The notes under the pieces are model-generated. The model saw nothing but the letters and a program-made list of their open reading frames with translations. It was not told the DNA's origin and did not search any database. This document shows positions 39,179 to 47,767 of a stretch of DNA of 64,000 nt, piece after piece (within the stretch, counting starts at the first letter, position 1; every line of letters begins with the position of its first letter). Both the position numbers and the translations under genes were made by a program. Source of the stretch: an uncultured virus (IMG/VR IMGVR_UViG_3300032053_000012) (lineage: Duplodnaviria; Heunggongvirae; Uroviricota; Caudoviricetes); IMG/VR virus record IMGVR_UViG_3300032053_000012; one strand, given 5' to 3'.

Positions 39179-39697
39179 TTACGAGCTCGCCACGCCCCAG
39201 AAGAAGTATTCGCCAGACTTCACCTTCACACAGCCCGCAGGCCCATGCTTGTCGAAGCGATGCTCCTCGATCTCGCTGGCAATCGTCATCGGATCGCCGC
39301 GTCGCGCGAGCGCGATCTTCTTGGTGAGTCGTGTCCTCTCCTCGGCGAGTCGAACGGGATCGGTCGTGAGAGGCGCGTACATGACGAGCGCGTCGAGTTC
39401 TTCTTCTTGGTCCCGTGAGAAGTAGGCACCACTGTTATCGATCGCTTGGAGCACTGCTCTCCGCGCGATGGCCTTTTTTTGGTTCGCGACGGTCATCGTC
39501 GCTCGGCGCTCGATGAGCTTTGCAACTACCCGCGCCGCTTCCATCTTCGGGTTGATCTCGACGAAGCTGTGCTTCTCCGCGATGGTTCCGCTGTAGCCGC
39601 CGTGCCCGTGTTCGTATTGCGCTTCGGACCTGGCTTGGAGGAACGCCTCCTGCACTGTCTTTCCATGTCCCATTGCGCCAAAACTTTCTGCTCCCAT
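39179..39697 (-). CDS. phage hypothetical protein
   Basis: MGA..F...A.YEHGHGGYSGTIAEK...DK.GPA......Y.F.G.ASS; GGAG RBS. Confidence 0.65.
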   Translation of the reverse strand: MGAESFGAMGHGKTVQEAFLQARSEAQYEHGHGGYSGTIAEKHSFVEINPKMEAARVVAKLIERRATMTVANQKKAIARRAVLQAIDNSGAYFSRDQEEELDALVMYAPLTTDPVRLAEERTRLTKKIALARRGDPMTIASEIEEHRFDKHGPAGCVKVKSGEYFFWGVASS

Positions 39698-39722
39698 GTT
39701 CGTTCTCCTCGCGCAGATAGGT

Positions 39723-40259
39723 TTAGAACGTCCCCTTGTACCTCGACGGGATCAGCCTGCCCGTGCCCTTCGACGACGCGCGCATCAGGACTACGTCGCG
39801 CCTCTGCTCCGGCCCGACGCTGACGTGGATCGGTCGGTCGGCGCCGTAGTAGTAGAGCCGGTCGAACGGCGCGTGCTCGATCACCCAGCGCGCCAGGTCG
39901 TCGCCCCCGACGCCCGGCACGAGGAAGTCGACCGCGACCCCCCCTCGACCGCAGACGAGGCCGCCGCTCCGACCGCGCTCGCAGCCCGCGTGCTGGTCGA
40001 GCTCGGGGGCGATCCGACCCTTGATCCTGCGCGTCAGCCGCGGCGACGCGAACCCGTACGTCAGCCGCACCGCGCCGAAGGCGTCGACCACGGGGTCGAG
40101 CAGCAGTCGGCAGACCTCGCCCAGCGCCTCGAGCGTGCCGGGATCCCTCGGCAGGTTGTCGATCGGGCACGTCGTCGCCTCGCGGTGGTACGTCTCCCCG
40201 CACTCGACGAGGTCGCGGTAGACGAAGTGTCGACCGCAGGGCGCGTCGAGGTCGATCAC
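39723..40259 (-). CDS. peptidase M15-like zinc peptidase
   Basis: LLDPV..FG...TYGF, DQHAG, AVDF, FDRLYYY and IHVS (His-Asp-His). Confidence 0.7.
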   Translation of the reverse strand: MIDLDAPCGRHFVYRDLVECGETYHREATTCPIDNLPRDPGTLEALGEVCRLLLDPVVDAFGAVRLTYGFASPRLTRRIKGRIAPELDQHAGCERGRSGGLVCGRGGVAVDFLVPGVGGDDLARWVIEHAPFDRLYYYGADRPIHVSVGPEQRRDVVLMRASSKGTGRLIPSRYKGTF

Positions 40260-40274
40260 TGGATCCGCTCCTCT

Positions 40275-40616
40275 CTATGACTCGTATTCGCTCGCGGTCG
40301 CCCTGGCGACGTGGTCGAGGGCCGCGGAGAGCCGATTGAAGTACGGGTCGTTCCTCGCGCGCTCCGCGTTCCTCGCGGCGTCGGCGAGTAGGAGAGCCAG
40401 GTTGTGCACCCCCATCGTCGACACCGCGTGGCTGACCAGCCTCGTCCAGTAGTGGATCGCGTCGGCCTCGATCTCCTCCATCCCGTCGGGTGTGCGGGAA
40501 GGGTACGCCAGCTCGCGATTGAGCTCGTCGCGTCGCAGGCGCGCCGTGGTCGCGTCGATCCGTCGCTGTCGCGGGAGGTCGTCCTTGAGGGCCTTGCGGG
40601 GCTTGTGGGCTGGCAT
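40275..40616 (-). CDS. hypothetical protein
   Basis: 113-aa ORF with RBS. Confidence 0.55.
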   Translation of the reverse strand: MPAHKPRKALKDDLPRQRRIDATTARLRRDELNRELAYPSRTPDGMEEIEADAIHYWTRLVSHAVSTMGVHNLALLLADAARNAERARNDPYFNRLSAALDHVARATASEYES

Positions 40617-40907
40617 CGTCGCGCTTCCTTCCGAGGGTGTGGCGTGGTGTGTCGCGTCTAACCCCGGAGCCGCCTCGGGACGTACGCCTCGAGGTCCCCG
40701 ACGGTCCGCCTCACCTGCTCGATCGAGTCGTCGAGGCTGCCTAAGAACCTCAACTGCGGCGGTCCGATCTCGCGGTTTGTGAACCTGACGTTCGCCGCCT
40801 TCTCCGCCTCGGTCAGCAGCGCGAGCGCGGCTCGCAGCGGTCGCTCGAACGACGGCGTCCTCGACTTGACCGGCTTCGACCTCGACTTGACTGGCATGGG
40901 AGAGATT

Positions 40908-41828
40908 CTACTCGCGGTCCTTCTGCGGTTCAATCGGCGGCGGTTCAACCACCGGCGGCTCGCACATGCCCCACCTCATGCACCCGCCCGTCGGCGGCTC
41001 CGCGAGCAGTTGCAGCTGCCGGCCCCCGTGCGACGTGCGTGACCACTCCACCACCGCGCGGATCCCTACGTCGCCCACGTGGCGCGCGCGGAAAAAAGTC
41101 GCGGGCATGTCCTTGAAGCGGCCCGGCTCGGCGAGGTTCGCCGCGGCGCGCGCGGCGTCCGTCTCTGCCTCGAGCGCGGCGATCTCGTCGATGCGCCACG
41201 GGGCGCCGTCGGCCGTCAGCGCCACCTCGTGCTTCTGCGCGTAGATGCACGGATAACACCCGACTCGGTCGTGCCCCCGCAGGTAGAGCGGGTTCACGGG
41301 CACCGCGTGTCGGTGGTGGATCGCCAGCACCTCGGCGATCGTCCACGCGAGCAGCGGGCGCCATACCCAGCCGCCCCACGACCGCGCCGCGTCCTCCTCG
41401 AGCTCGAACACCGGCATGCGCGCGCGCGCCTCGGACTCCTCCGCGCGGATCCCCATCGCGGAGACCGTCTCGATCCCCCGCGCGACCAGGACGTCGTGGT
41501 ACGCGCGCAGCGGCTCGATCTTCAGCTCGCGCGTGCACCACCGCTGCAGCCGGGACGGGAACCCCGCTCGGTTCCTCACGCGCGCCACCATGCCGCCCTC
41601 GACCCCCACCACGTCGATCGTGATGCCCAGCCCGCTCCGCAGCGCGTCGAGGTACGCGTACGTCTCGGGCGCCTCCCACTGCGTGTCCGCGAACACGTAG
41701 CGCGCGGGCACCTCGGCCTCGCGGAGCGCGAGGATCAGCGCCGTGCTGTCCTTGCCGCCCGACACGCTCGCGACCACGGAGAGCTCGCCGCTGCGGACCG
41801 CCTCTGGCACGGAGATGCGGTTCGTCAT
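40908..41828 (-). CDS. PAPS reductase-family protein, copy 2
   Basis: SVSGGKDS, FADT.WE, RWCT..LKIEP, GIRAEES..RA and NPLY..G..RVGCYPC. Confidence 0.88.
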   Translation of the reverse strand: MTNRISVPEAVRSGELSVVASVSGGKDSTALILALREAEVPARYVFADTQWEAPETYAYLDALRSGLGITIDVVGVEGGMVARVRNRAGFPSRLQRWCTRELKIEPLRAYHDVLVARGIETVSAMGIRAEESEARARMPVFELEEDAARSWGGWVWRPLLAWTIAEVLAIHHRHAVPVNPLYLRGHDRVGCYPCIYAQKHEVALTADGAPWRIDEIAALEAETDAARAAANLAEPGRFKDMPATFFRARHVGDVGIRAVVEWSRTSHGGRQLQLLAEPPTGGCMRWGMCEPPVVEPPPIEPQKDRE

Positions 41829-42796
41829 CGGTCGTCTCCCTCGTCCTCTTCGTCCTCTTCGTCTTCGTTTCCCTCGCTCCCCGCCTTCGTCGGCGGCTCG
41901 CACATGCCCCACCGCATGCACCCGCCGGTGGGCGGCTCCGCGAGGAGTTGTAGCTGCCGGCCCCCGCGCGACGTGCGCGACCACTCGACCACCGACCGGA
42001 TCCCCATCGGCTCCACCCCGTGCTTCGTCTGGAAGAACGTCGCGTGCTGCGGGAACGCGTAGCGCGGGTCCTCGTTGCCCGCGGCGACGTGTTCCTCGTT
42101 GCGCGCGACGCGCAGCGCGGCACACTCGGACTCGATCGCGGCGATCTCGTCGACGCGCTGCGGCGCGTGGTCCCCGATGAGCCTGATCTCGTTCTTGCTC
42201 GAGAAGATGCACGGGTAGCACCCCACTCGGTCGTGCCCGCGCAGGTAGAGCGGGTTGAGCGGCACGTCGTGCCGGTGGTGAATGGCGATCACGTCGGCGA
42301 TCGTCCACGCGAGCAGCGGGCGCCACAGCCAGCCGCCCCATGACCGGTAGCCGCTCTCCTCGAGCTCGAAGGCCGGCATGCGCGCGCGAGCTTCTGACTC
42401 CTCGGCGCGGATCCCCATCGCCGCGACCGTCTCGATCCCCCGCGCGACCAGGGCGTCGTGGTAGGCGCGCTGCGGCTCGACCTTCAGCTCGGTCGTGCAC
42501 CAGCGACCCAGCCGCGTCGGGAACCCGGCGCGTTTTCGGATCTTGCCGACCATCCCGCCCTCGACGCCGACGACGTCGATCGCGATCCCGAGGATCCTTC
42601 TCAGGGTGTCAAGGTAGGCGTAGGTCTCGGGCGCCTCCCACCCGGTGTCCGCGAACACGTAGCGTGACGGCACCTCGGCCTCGCGGAGCGCGAGGATCAA
42701 CGCGGTAGAGTCCTTGCCGCCCGACACGCTCGCGACCACGGAGAGCTCGCCGCTGCGGACCGCCTCGGGCACGGAGATGCGCTGGATCATCGTCAT
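41825..42796 (-). CDS. PAPS reductase-family protein, copy 1
   Basis: same motifs; AAGGAG RBS. Confidence 0.88.
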   Translation of the reverse strand: MTMIQRISVPEAVRSGELSVVASVSGGKDSTALILALREAEVPSRYVFADTGWEAPETYAYLDTLRRILGIAIDVVGVEGGMVGKIRKRAGFPTRLGRWCTTELKVEPQRAYHDALVARGIETVAAMGIRAEESEARARMPAFELEESGYRSWGGWLWRPLLAWTIADVIAIHHRHDVPLNPLYLRGHDRVGCYPCIFSSKNEIRLIGDHAPQRVDEIAAIESECAALRVARNEEHVAAGNEDPRYAFPQHATFFQTKHGVEPMGIRSVVEWSRTSRGGRQLQLLAEPPTGGCMRWGMCEPPTKAGSEGNEDEEDEEDEGDDR

Positions 42797-42817
42797 TCGT
42801 CGTTCTCTCCTTTGAAG

Positions 42818-42840
42818 GTCGAGATGGCTGCGCGGAGCCA
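42818..42840. repeat. inverted anti-repeat of the CRISPR repeat
   Basis: GTCGAGATGGCTGCGCGGAGCCA is the exact reverse complement of repeat nt 14-36 (for example 42873-42895). Confidence 0.95.
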
Positions 42841-42859
42841 TGACCATCGGTGGTAGTCA

Positions 42860-43482
42860 GTCGCGGCACTCGTGGCTCCGCGCAGCCATCTCGACTCGTG
42901 GTGCCGACCCGGCTCTTGCCCTCGGGCATCGTCGGAGTCGCGGCACTCGTGGCTCCGCGCAGCCATCTCGACAACGATGACACGCGCCTGCACTCGAACC
43001 CAGAAGACAGTCCGTCGCGGCACTCGTGGCTCCGCGCAGCCATCTCGACGAGGCCCCCCTCTCGCGCGCAGCGCGCGCCCTTACTTGTCGCGGCACTCGT
43101 GGCTCCGCGCAGCCATCTCGACCCGCTCTCGTCCTTCTCGTTCCCGTCTAGATAGCTCGCGCGGACAGTCGCGGCACTCGTGGCTCCGCGCAGCCATCTC
43201 GACCGCTCCCTCGCATGGAGCTTCGTCGCGGCACTCGTGGCTCCGCGCAGCCATCTCGACCGGTTCCTTCGAGATCCGCTACCCAGCGTCATGCGACTCG
43301 TCGCGGCACTCGTGGCTCCGCGCAGCCATCTCGACGCGGTCGTAGCGCCCGTAGTCGAGCATGATCTCGTCGTCGCGGCACTCGTGGCTCCGCGCAGCCA
43401 TCTCGACTGCGCACGGGCGCCTTGCCGCCCGCGCCCTTCTCGGCATGTCGCGGCACTCGTGGCTCCGCGCAGCCATCTCGAC
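42860..43482. CRISPR. CRISPR array, 9 identical 36-bp repeats and 8 spacers
   Basis: GTCGCGGCACTCGTGGCTCCGCGCAGCCATCTCGAC at 42860, 42937, 43014, 43087, 43168, 43225, 43300, 43372 and 43447; spacers of 41, 41, 37, 45, 21, 39, 36 and 39 bp; internal TGGCT/AGCCA hairpin. Confidence 0.98.
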
Positions 43483-43489
43483 CCGTCCA

Positions 43490-45147
43490 TCATACACCCT
43501 GCGGATCCGCGGGGTTGGCGTCCGGTTCGCGAGCGATCCCCTGCAGCGCGATCTTGTCGGCCTTCGCCTTCTTCCGCCGCGCCCACGCATTGTCTCCGTT
43601 GTCGCTGGATTCACTGTTCTTTCTCACCTTGCGAGCGGTCACGGCTGGATCGCCGGCACCGAACCGCTCGATCGCGAGCGCCGCCCAGCCGCGCGCGTCC
43701 TTGTCCTCATCTGCATGTGGGTCACCAAGTCGCACCCACGGGGCCTCGTACGCGCTCGCTCCACCGTCGTACGCGGCGTCGATCGCGCCGACGAGCGAGG
43801 ACGGCGACGAGAGGAATCGCAGGTCGCTCTCGGCCCCGAACCGCGCCTCGCGCGAGTAGTCCCGGCGCGGCACGATCGCGTGCCGGTAGCTGCGCGCCCA
43901 CGTGGCCGCGAGCACGTGGTAGTAGTCGTTCCGCGACCGCACGGCCTGGCCGCGCGAGTCGGCCTCGTAGCGCCACAGGTGGTCGTCGCGCATCTCCCAC
44001 GCCTGGACCCGGTCGTAGGACTCGCGCGCGGCGTCGCACCGCTCGTCGCGCCAGCGTCGCGCGAGACGATACATGCGCTCGGGACTCTTCCAGAGGTGCA
44101 TCGTCTGGCACGCGTCGATTAGCCACACGGGCAGAGAATCCCTCGACTCCACGAGGAGACGCCGCACGTCCTCGCGCGCCGCGTTGCTCAGCGTGTCGCG
44201 TACCGCACGGATGTCTGCCGCCTTCCGCATCGCGCCGACGACGCGCGTCGGAAGCACCACGTCGGAAGTCACGCCCTTGTCGTCTCGAGTCGTCGCGCAC
44301 ACGAACGCGCCGTCGCTCGCGCGCTCGTACCACGCGGGCTCGACCGCGAGGACGCCCACGATCGACGTGTCGAGCGTGCGCGCTGGACGCTCCACGTTCA
44401 CCGTGATCTCGACCGACCACGCGTAGGACCGACCCTCGCGACGGCGGGAGAGACGCACCCACTTCCACTGCGCGGCGTCCGGGATCTGGCGGTGCAGGAT
44501 CGCGCGGACGCGCGTCCAGACGGGATCGCGTCCGGCAGTCCCGCTCGACCCGATTCGGATCCAGAGGTCCGCGTACTCCGTAACGCGTCCGCTCTTGTGT
44601 GGACCTTGCGGTCGCCGCGGTCGAGCCGCACACGCGTGTCCTGGCCCGTGCGCACGGCGCTCGTCGCGACCCCGCGCTGTAGCTGCACGCTGACCTGTCC
44701 CTTCTCGACCCAGCGGCGGAACCTCGGGAGCGCGGGCGTCACCGCGTCGTCCTCGTAGAGCGGCATCGCCCGCTGCTGCTGCGCAGATGCCTCCACCGTG
44801 AGGTAGTTGCCCCAGTAGGTCTGGGTCAATGCGCGCGCGTCGCGGCGGATCGCCTCGTCCAGTGCGGCGATCCTCGCGAGCTCGTCTGGCGCCGCCGCGC
44901 GTGCAGCCCTGCGCGCCTGACGCAGCGCCGTGACGGCGGCCTTGCGCGTGCTCTTCGTCGCAGCGCGCACGAGCTCAGCGGCCTCGCGCGCCTCGGGCGT
45001 GTCGTCCACGGCATGCAGGGCCGCGCGCCGCCCACGCTCGATCGCGGTGTGGTCGTTCGCGTAGTCGTGCGCGAGGCGCATCTGCGCCATGACCAGGTCG
45101 AGGTCGTCGAGCGGGCCGCCGCAGCAGCCGAAGCGATAGACGATCAC
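43490..45147 (-). CDS. cas12m: Cas12m (type V-M/V-U1)-like effector, about 552 aa, split by a 1-nt frameshift near 44600-44625
   Basis: QMRLAHDY, YWGNYLTV, RFRRW..GQVSVQLQR, then in the shifted frame SGRVT..LWIRIGS, LHRQIP, WKSPERMYRLARRW, AW..RD.HLW..E...R.QA...R.DYY..LA. These follow, in order, blocks I recall from Cas12m; the gene abuts the array. Confidence 0.8.
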
Positions 45148-45247
45148 CTCACTCCTCCTCTCGTAGCTGTGGAGGTGCGAACCCTCGCGACGGGATCTTC
45201 AGGACGGCTTGTCTTCTTTGTCGTCATCGTCTGCTCCTTCTTGGTTC

Positions 45248-45598
45248 TCACGTCACAAACCAGCCCTTCGCCGGGTCGTGGTTCTCCTCGTCGTGCGTCG
45301 ACAGGTCCGCGGAGTAGAGGCCGGAGCACCGGAGACACTGCGACCACGCGCCGTGCTCGTCGTAGACCTTGAGCCCGCGGATCACGATCGCGTTCTTGAG
45401 CGTCGGGTGCCGCTCGACCGCGCCGCACGTCGGGCAGCGAAGCTCGCCATGCGCGGCGCGCCAGACGCCGCGCCTCACGACCGGTCTTACGACCGGCACG
45501 ACCGGCACGACCGGCACTTCGGTCTTTCGACGTAGTTCCTCGCGCAGCGCGTCGCGCTCGGCCGCGAGCGCGCGGATCAGGTAGGCCGCGAGCAGCAC
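45248..45598 (-). CDS. hypothetical zinc-ribbon protein
   Basis: CPTCG...CLRCSG; start uncertain. Confidence 0.45.
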   Translation of the reverse strand: MLLAAYLIRALAAERDALREELRRKTEVPVVPVVPVVRPVVRRGVWRAAHGELRCPTCGAVERHPTLKNAIVIRGLKVYDEHGAWSQCLRCSGLYSADLSTHDEENHDPAKGWFVT

Positions 45599-45680
45599 GC
45601 CGTCCTCTGGGTCGTCTCGCTCGCCTCGCGACCCTCCTTGACTACGAGCATGTGTGTTTTCTCCTTCCTGATAATCTTCG

Positions 45681-46172
45681 TCACGGCTTCGGACGCATGA
45701 GAGACGTGACGTCGAGGCTCGCGTCCGCCATGATCTCCGCGACGCGCTCGCGAGACAGCGCAGGCTCGCGCGTCCAGCGCGCGTCCTCCTCCGCGCCCTT
45801 GACGAGCAGTTCCGTGATCATGCTCGAGAGGGGCGCGTACTCGCTCAGGATCGGACCGTCGCACGCACAGCCGTAGCGCACGTGCCTGTATCTGCTGTCG
45901 GTGTGCGACGAGTGCTGCTCGGGACCGTACACGATGACCCCCGCTGGGTCGCCGCAGGAGCACCGGTGCGCGGCCTCCTCGAAGAACCGGAGCGCGCGCA
46001 CGTACGTCTTGCCCTCCGTCTCCCGGATCGAGAGTATCGCGCGCAGTTCGGACCCGATCGACCGCCTCCGCGCTCGTGTCCTCTCGTTGCCAGTCTCTCG
46101 GACGCCGACGTACGCGCTGCGGAGCGCGAGTCTCCGGATGGCCTCCGTCGTCTCCGCGCTCAAGACGCTCAC
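45681..46172 (-). CDS. hypothetical protein
   Basis: 163-aa coupled ORF. Confidence 0.5.
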   Translation of the reverse strand: MSVLSAETTEAIRRLALRSAYVGVRETGNERTRARRRSIGSELRAILSIRETEGKTYVRALRFFEEAAHRCSCGDPAGVIVYGPEQHSSHTDSRYRHVRYGCACDGPILSEYAPLSSMITELLVKGAEEDARWTREPALSRERVAEIMADASLDVTSLMRPKP

Positions 46173-46597
46173 CTCGACACCTGCGCGGTCGTCCTCGCGG
46201 TCGCCCTCGTGCCCCTCGCTCTGTCGGCCCTCGTCTCGGCGCGGACCCTCGCGACGGTCTCGTCCGTCACCGGCCCGAACGCCGCCCCCGGGTCGACCCC
46301 CGACCCGCCGCAGCGCCGGCAGCCCCCCGCGCTCGCGACGAGCTGGTCGAGGTCGACGCCCAGCAGCTCGGCCACCACGCGCAGCGTCGCCTCGCTGAAC
46401 CTCCGGCCGCCCCGCTCGCAGTCGGAGACGTGCTGCACCGAGAGCTCGGCCGCCTTCGCCGCCCGGCGCAGCGGCACCTCGGCTGCCATTCGTAGCTCGC
46501 GCACCAGCGCGCCGATCCGGTCCTCGAGCCGGTCGCGCGCCGCCCGGTCGTGCAGCGTGGACTTGAACGTTTTGGTCGTCGTCGTCGTCTTGGTCAT
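46169..46597 (-). CDS. XRE-family HTH regulator
   Basis: IGALVRELR...LRRAAKAAELSVQHVSDCERG...LRVVAELLGV, then CRRCGGSG. Confidence 0.8.
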   Translation of the reverse strand: MTKTTTTTKTFKSTLHDRAARDRLEDRIGALVRELRMAAEVPLRRAAKAAELSVQHVSDCERGGRRFSEATLRVVAELLGVDLDQLVASAGGCRRCGGSGVDPGAAFGPVTDETVARVRAETRADRARGTRATARTTAQVSR

Positions 46598-46821
46598 CGC
46601 TTCCTCCGCCTGTTGATCGTCTCGCCCGCGCAGTCCGAGACGGCGTCGAGCATCGCGCGCACCCGGCGGATCAGCGTCGAGCAGACCTCGCCCTGCCGAC
46701 CGCCCATCGGCAGTGCCACGCGCTCTCCGCCGGGCATCACGTAGACGTGGTGGTCGCCGTCCCTGCGCACGAGCTCGGCGCCCGCGCGGCGCATCTCGCG
46801 CAGCAGTTCGCGCGCCCTCAC
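46594..46821 (-). CDS. HicA-like protein
   Basis: RELLREMRRAGAELVRRDGDHHVY...RVALP...EV; 75 aa. Confidence 0.65.
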   Translation of the reverse strand: MRARELLREMRRAGAELVRRDGDHHVYVMPGGERVALPMGGRQGEVCSTLIRRVRAMLDAVSDCAGETINRRRKR

Positions 46822-47065
46822 GGCGCGCCTCCGTTCGTCGGCGCGGTTCGCCGCGCGACGTGCGCGCGCAGTGCCTCGCGCGCCGCGCGCATGGTGCGGT
46901 GGTGTCCCTCGGGCACGCGCTCGTCGAGGCAGCACCCGTGGACCGGGTCGACGACCGAGACGAACCACGGCGTGCCGCTCGTCCCGACCGAGCCGCCGTC
47001 GCGCACCGGCGCCTCGCGCTCGAGCACGTACTCGACGCCGTCGATCCGCTCGATCCTGCGGCTGG

Positions 47066-47398
47066 TCATGGCTCGACCTCGGGATCGGCCTCGGCCTCGA
47101 CGTGAACGCGCGCGGCGATCCATCGCTCGACGAGCTCGCGGCTGCCGTTCGACCCGGCGGGCGCCTCGAAGTAGACCCACCCGACGATCGACCGGATCGC
47201 CGCGAGCGAGTCGTCGTCGGCGAGGCCCACCGCCATGCGCAGGTCGTTCTCCAGCACCGCGCGCAGGAACGACCCCGTCTCGACGTGCTCGTCGACGTAG
47301 CGTCTCAAGCTCGCTAGGAGCCTCGGCGGGATCGGCGGGACCGGTCGAAGGACGTCGTTGGCGACCTGCTGCTGCTGCTGCTCGTCGACGGAGGCCAT
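47066..47398 (-). CDS. phage hypothetical protein
   Basis: L.RYV......GSFLRAVLENDL..AV..AD motif. Confidence 0.6.
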   Translation of the reverse strand: MASVDEQQQQQVANDVLRPVPPIPPRLLASLRRYVDEHVETGSFLRAVLENDLRMAVGLADDDSLAAIRSIVGWVYFEAPAGSNGSRELVERWIAARVHVEAEADPEVEP

Positions 47399-47733
47399 CA
47401 CTCGGCCTCCTTCGGCTTCGACGGCGTCGGGAGCGCGGGCCGGTCCTCGGGCGCGGGCTCCACGACCTCGAGCCCGAGCCGCGCGTAGAAGTCGAGCAGC
47501 GGCTTGCCGCTCGAGAAGTCCGCGGACGCCTTCGGCCCCTGCTTCGGGAACGCGTAGCCCCACGCCGCCCCCGCGAGCGCCTTGACGTCGTAGAGGCGCC
47601 GCTTGTAGCGCACGAAGAACTTGGTCGACGGCTTGAAGCCGTACTTCGCCAGGAATTTCTCGCGACCGACCCGGTCGTACTCCGCCATCGCCTTGAGCAC
47701 CGGCTCCTTGCCCTCGATCTCGCTCCATCCCAT
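47398..47733 (-). CDS. stand-alone domain resembling the ScoMcrA N-terminal head domain
   Basis: VLKAMAEYDRVGREKFLAKYGF......Y...LYDVKALAGAA.GY......DFSSG......LG.EV. Confidence 0.6.
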   Translation of the reverse strand: MGWSEIEGKEPVLKAMAEYDRVGREKFLAKYGFKPSTKFFVRYKRRLYDVKALAGAAWGYAFPKQGPKASADFSSGKPLLDFYARLGLEVVEPAPEDRPALPTPSKPKEAE

Positions 47734-47767
47734 CGCGACCTGCCCTTCCGTTGGATCCGCGTTTCGA

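Noticed and set aside
40908..42796. Complete Dnd/Ssp phosphorothioation system or sulfate-assimilation operon
   Set aside because: No cysteine desulfurase, DndD/E, SspB/C or other cys genes recognised in the window
42609..43614. ORFs with repeated peptides (SRWLRGATSAAT and others)
   Set aside because: These are translations of the CRISPR repeats
43490..45147. IS200/IS605 TnpB transposon
   Set aside because: No TnpA, no TnpB zinc finger, larger size, and a true repeat-spacer array is adjacent
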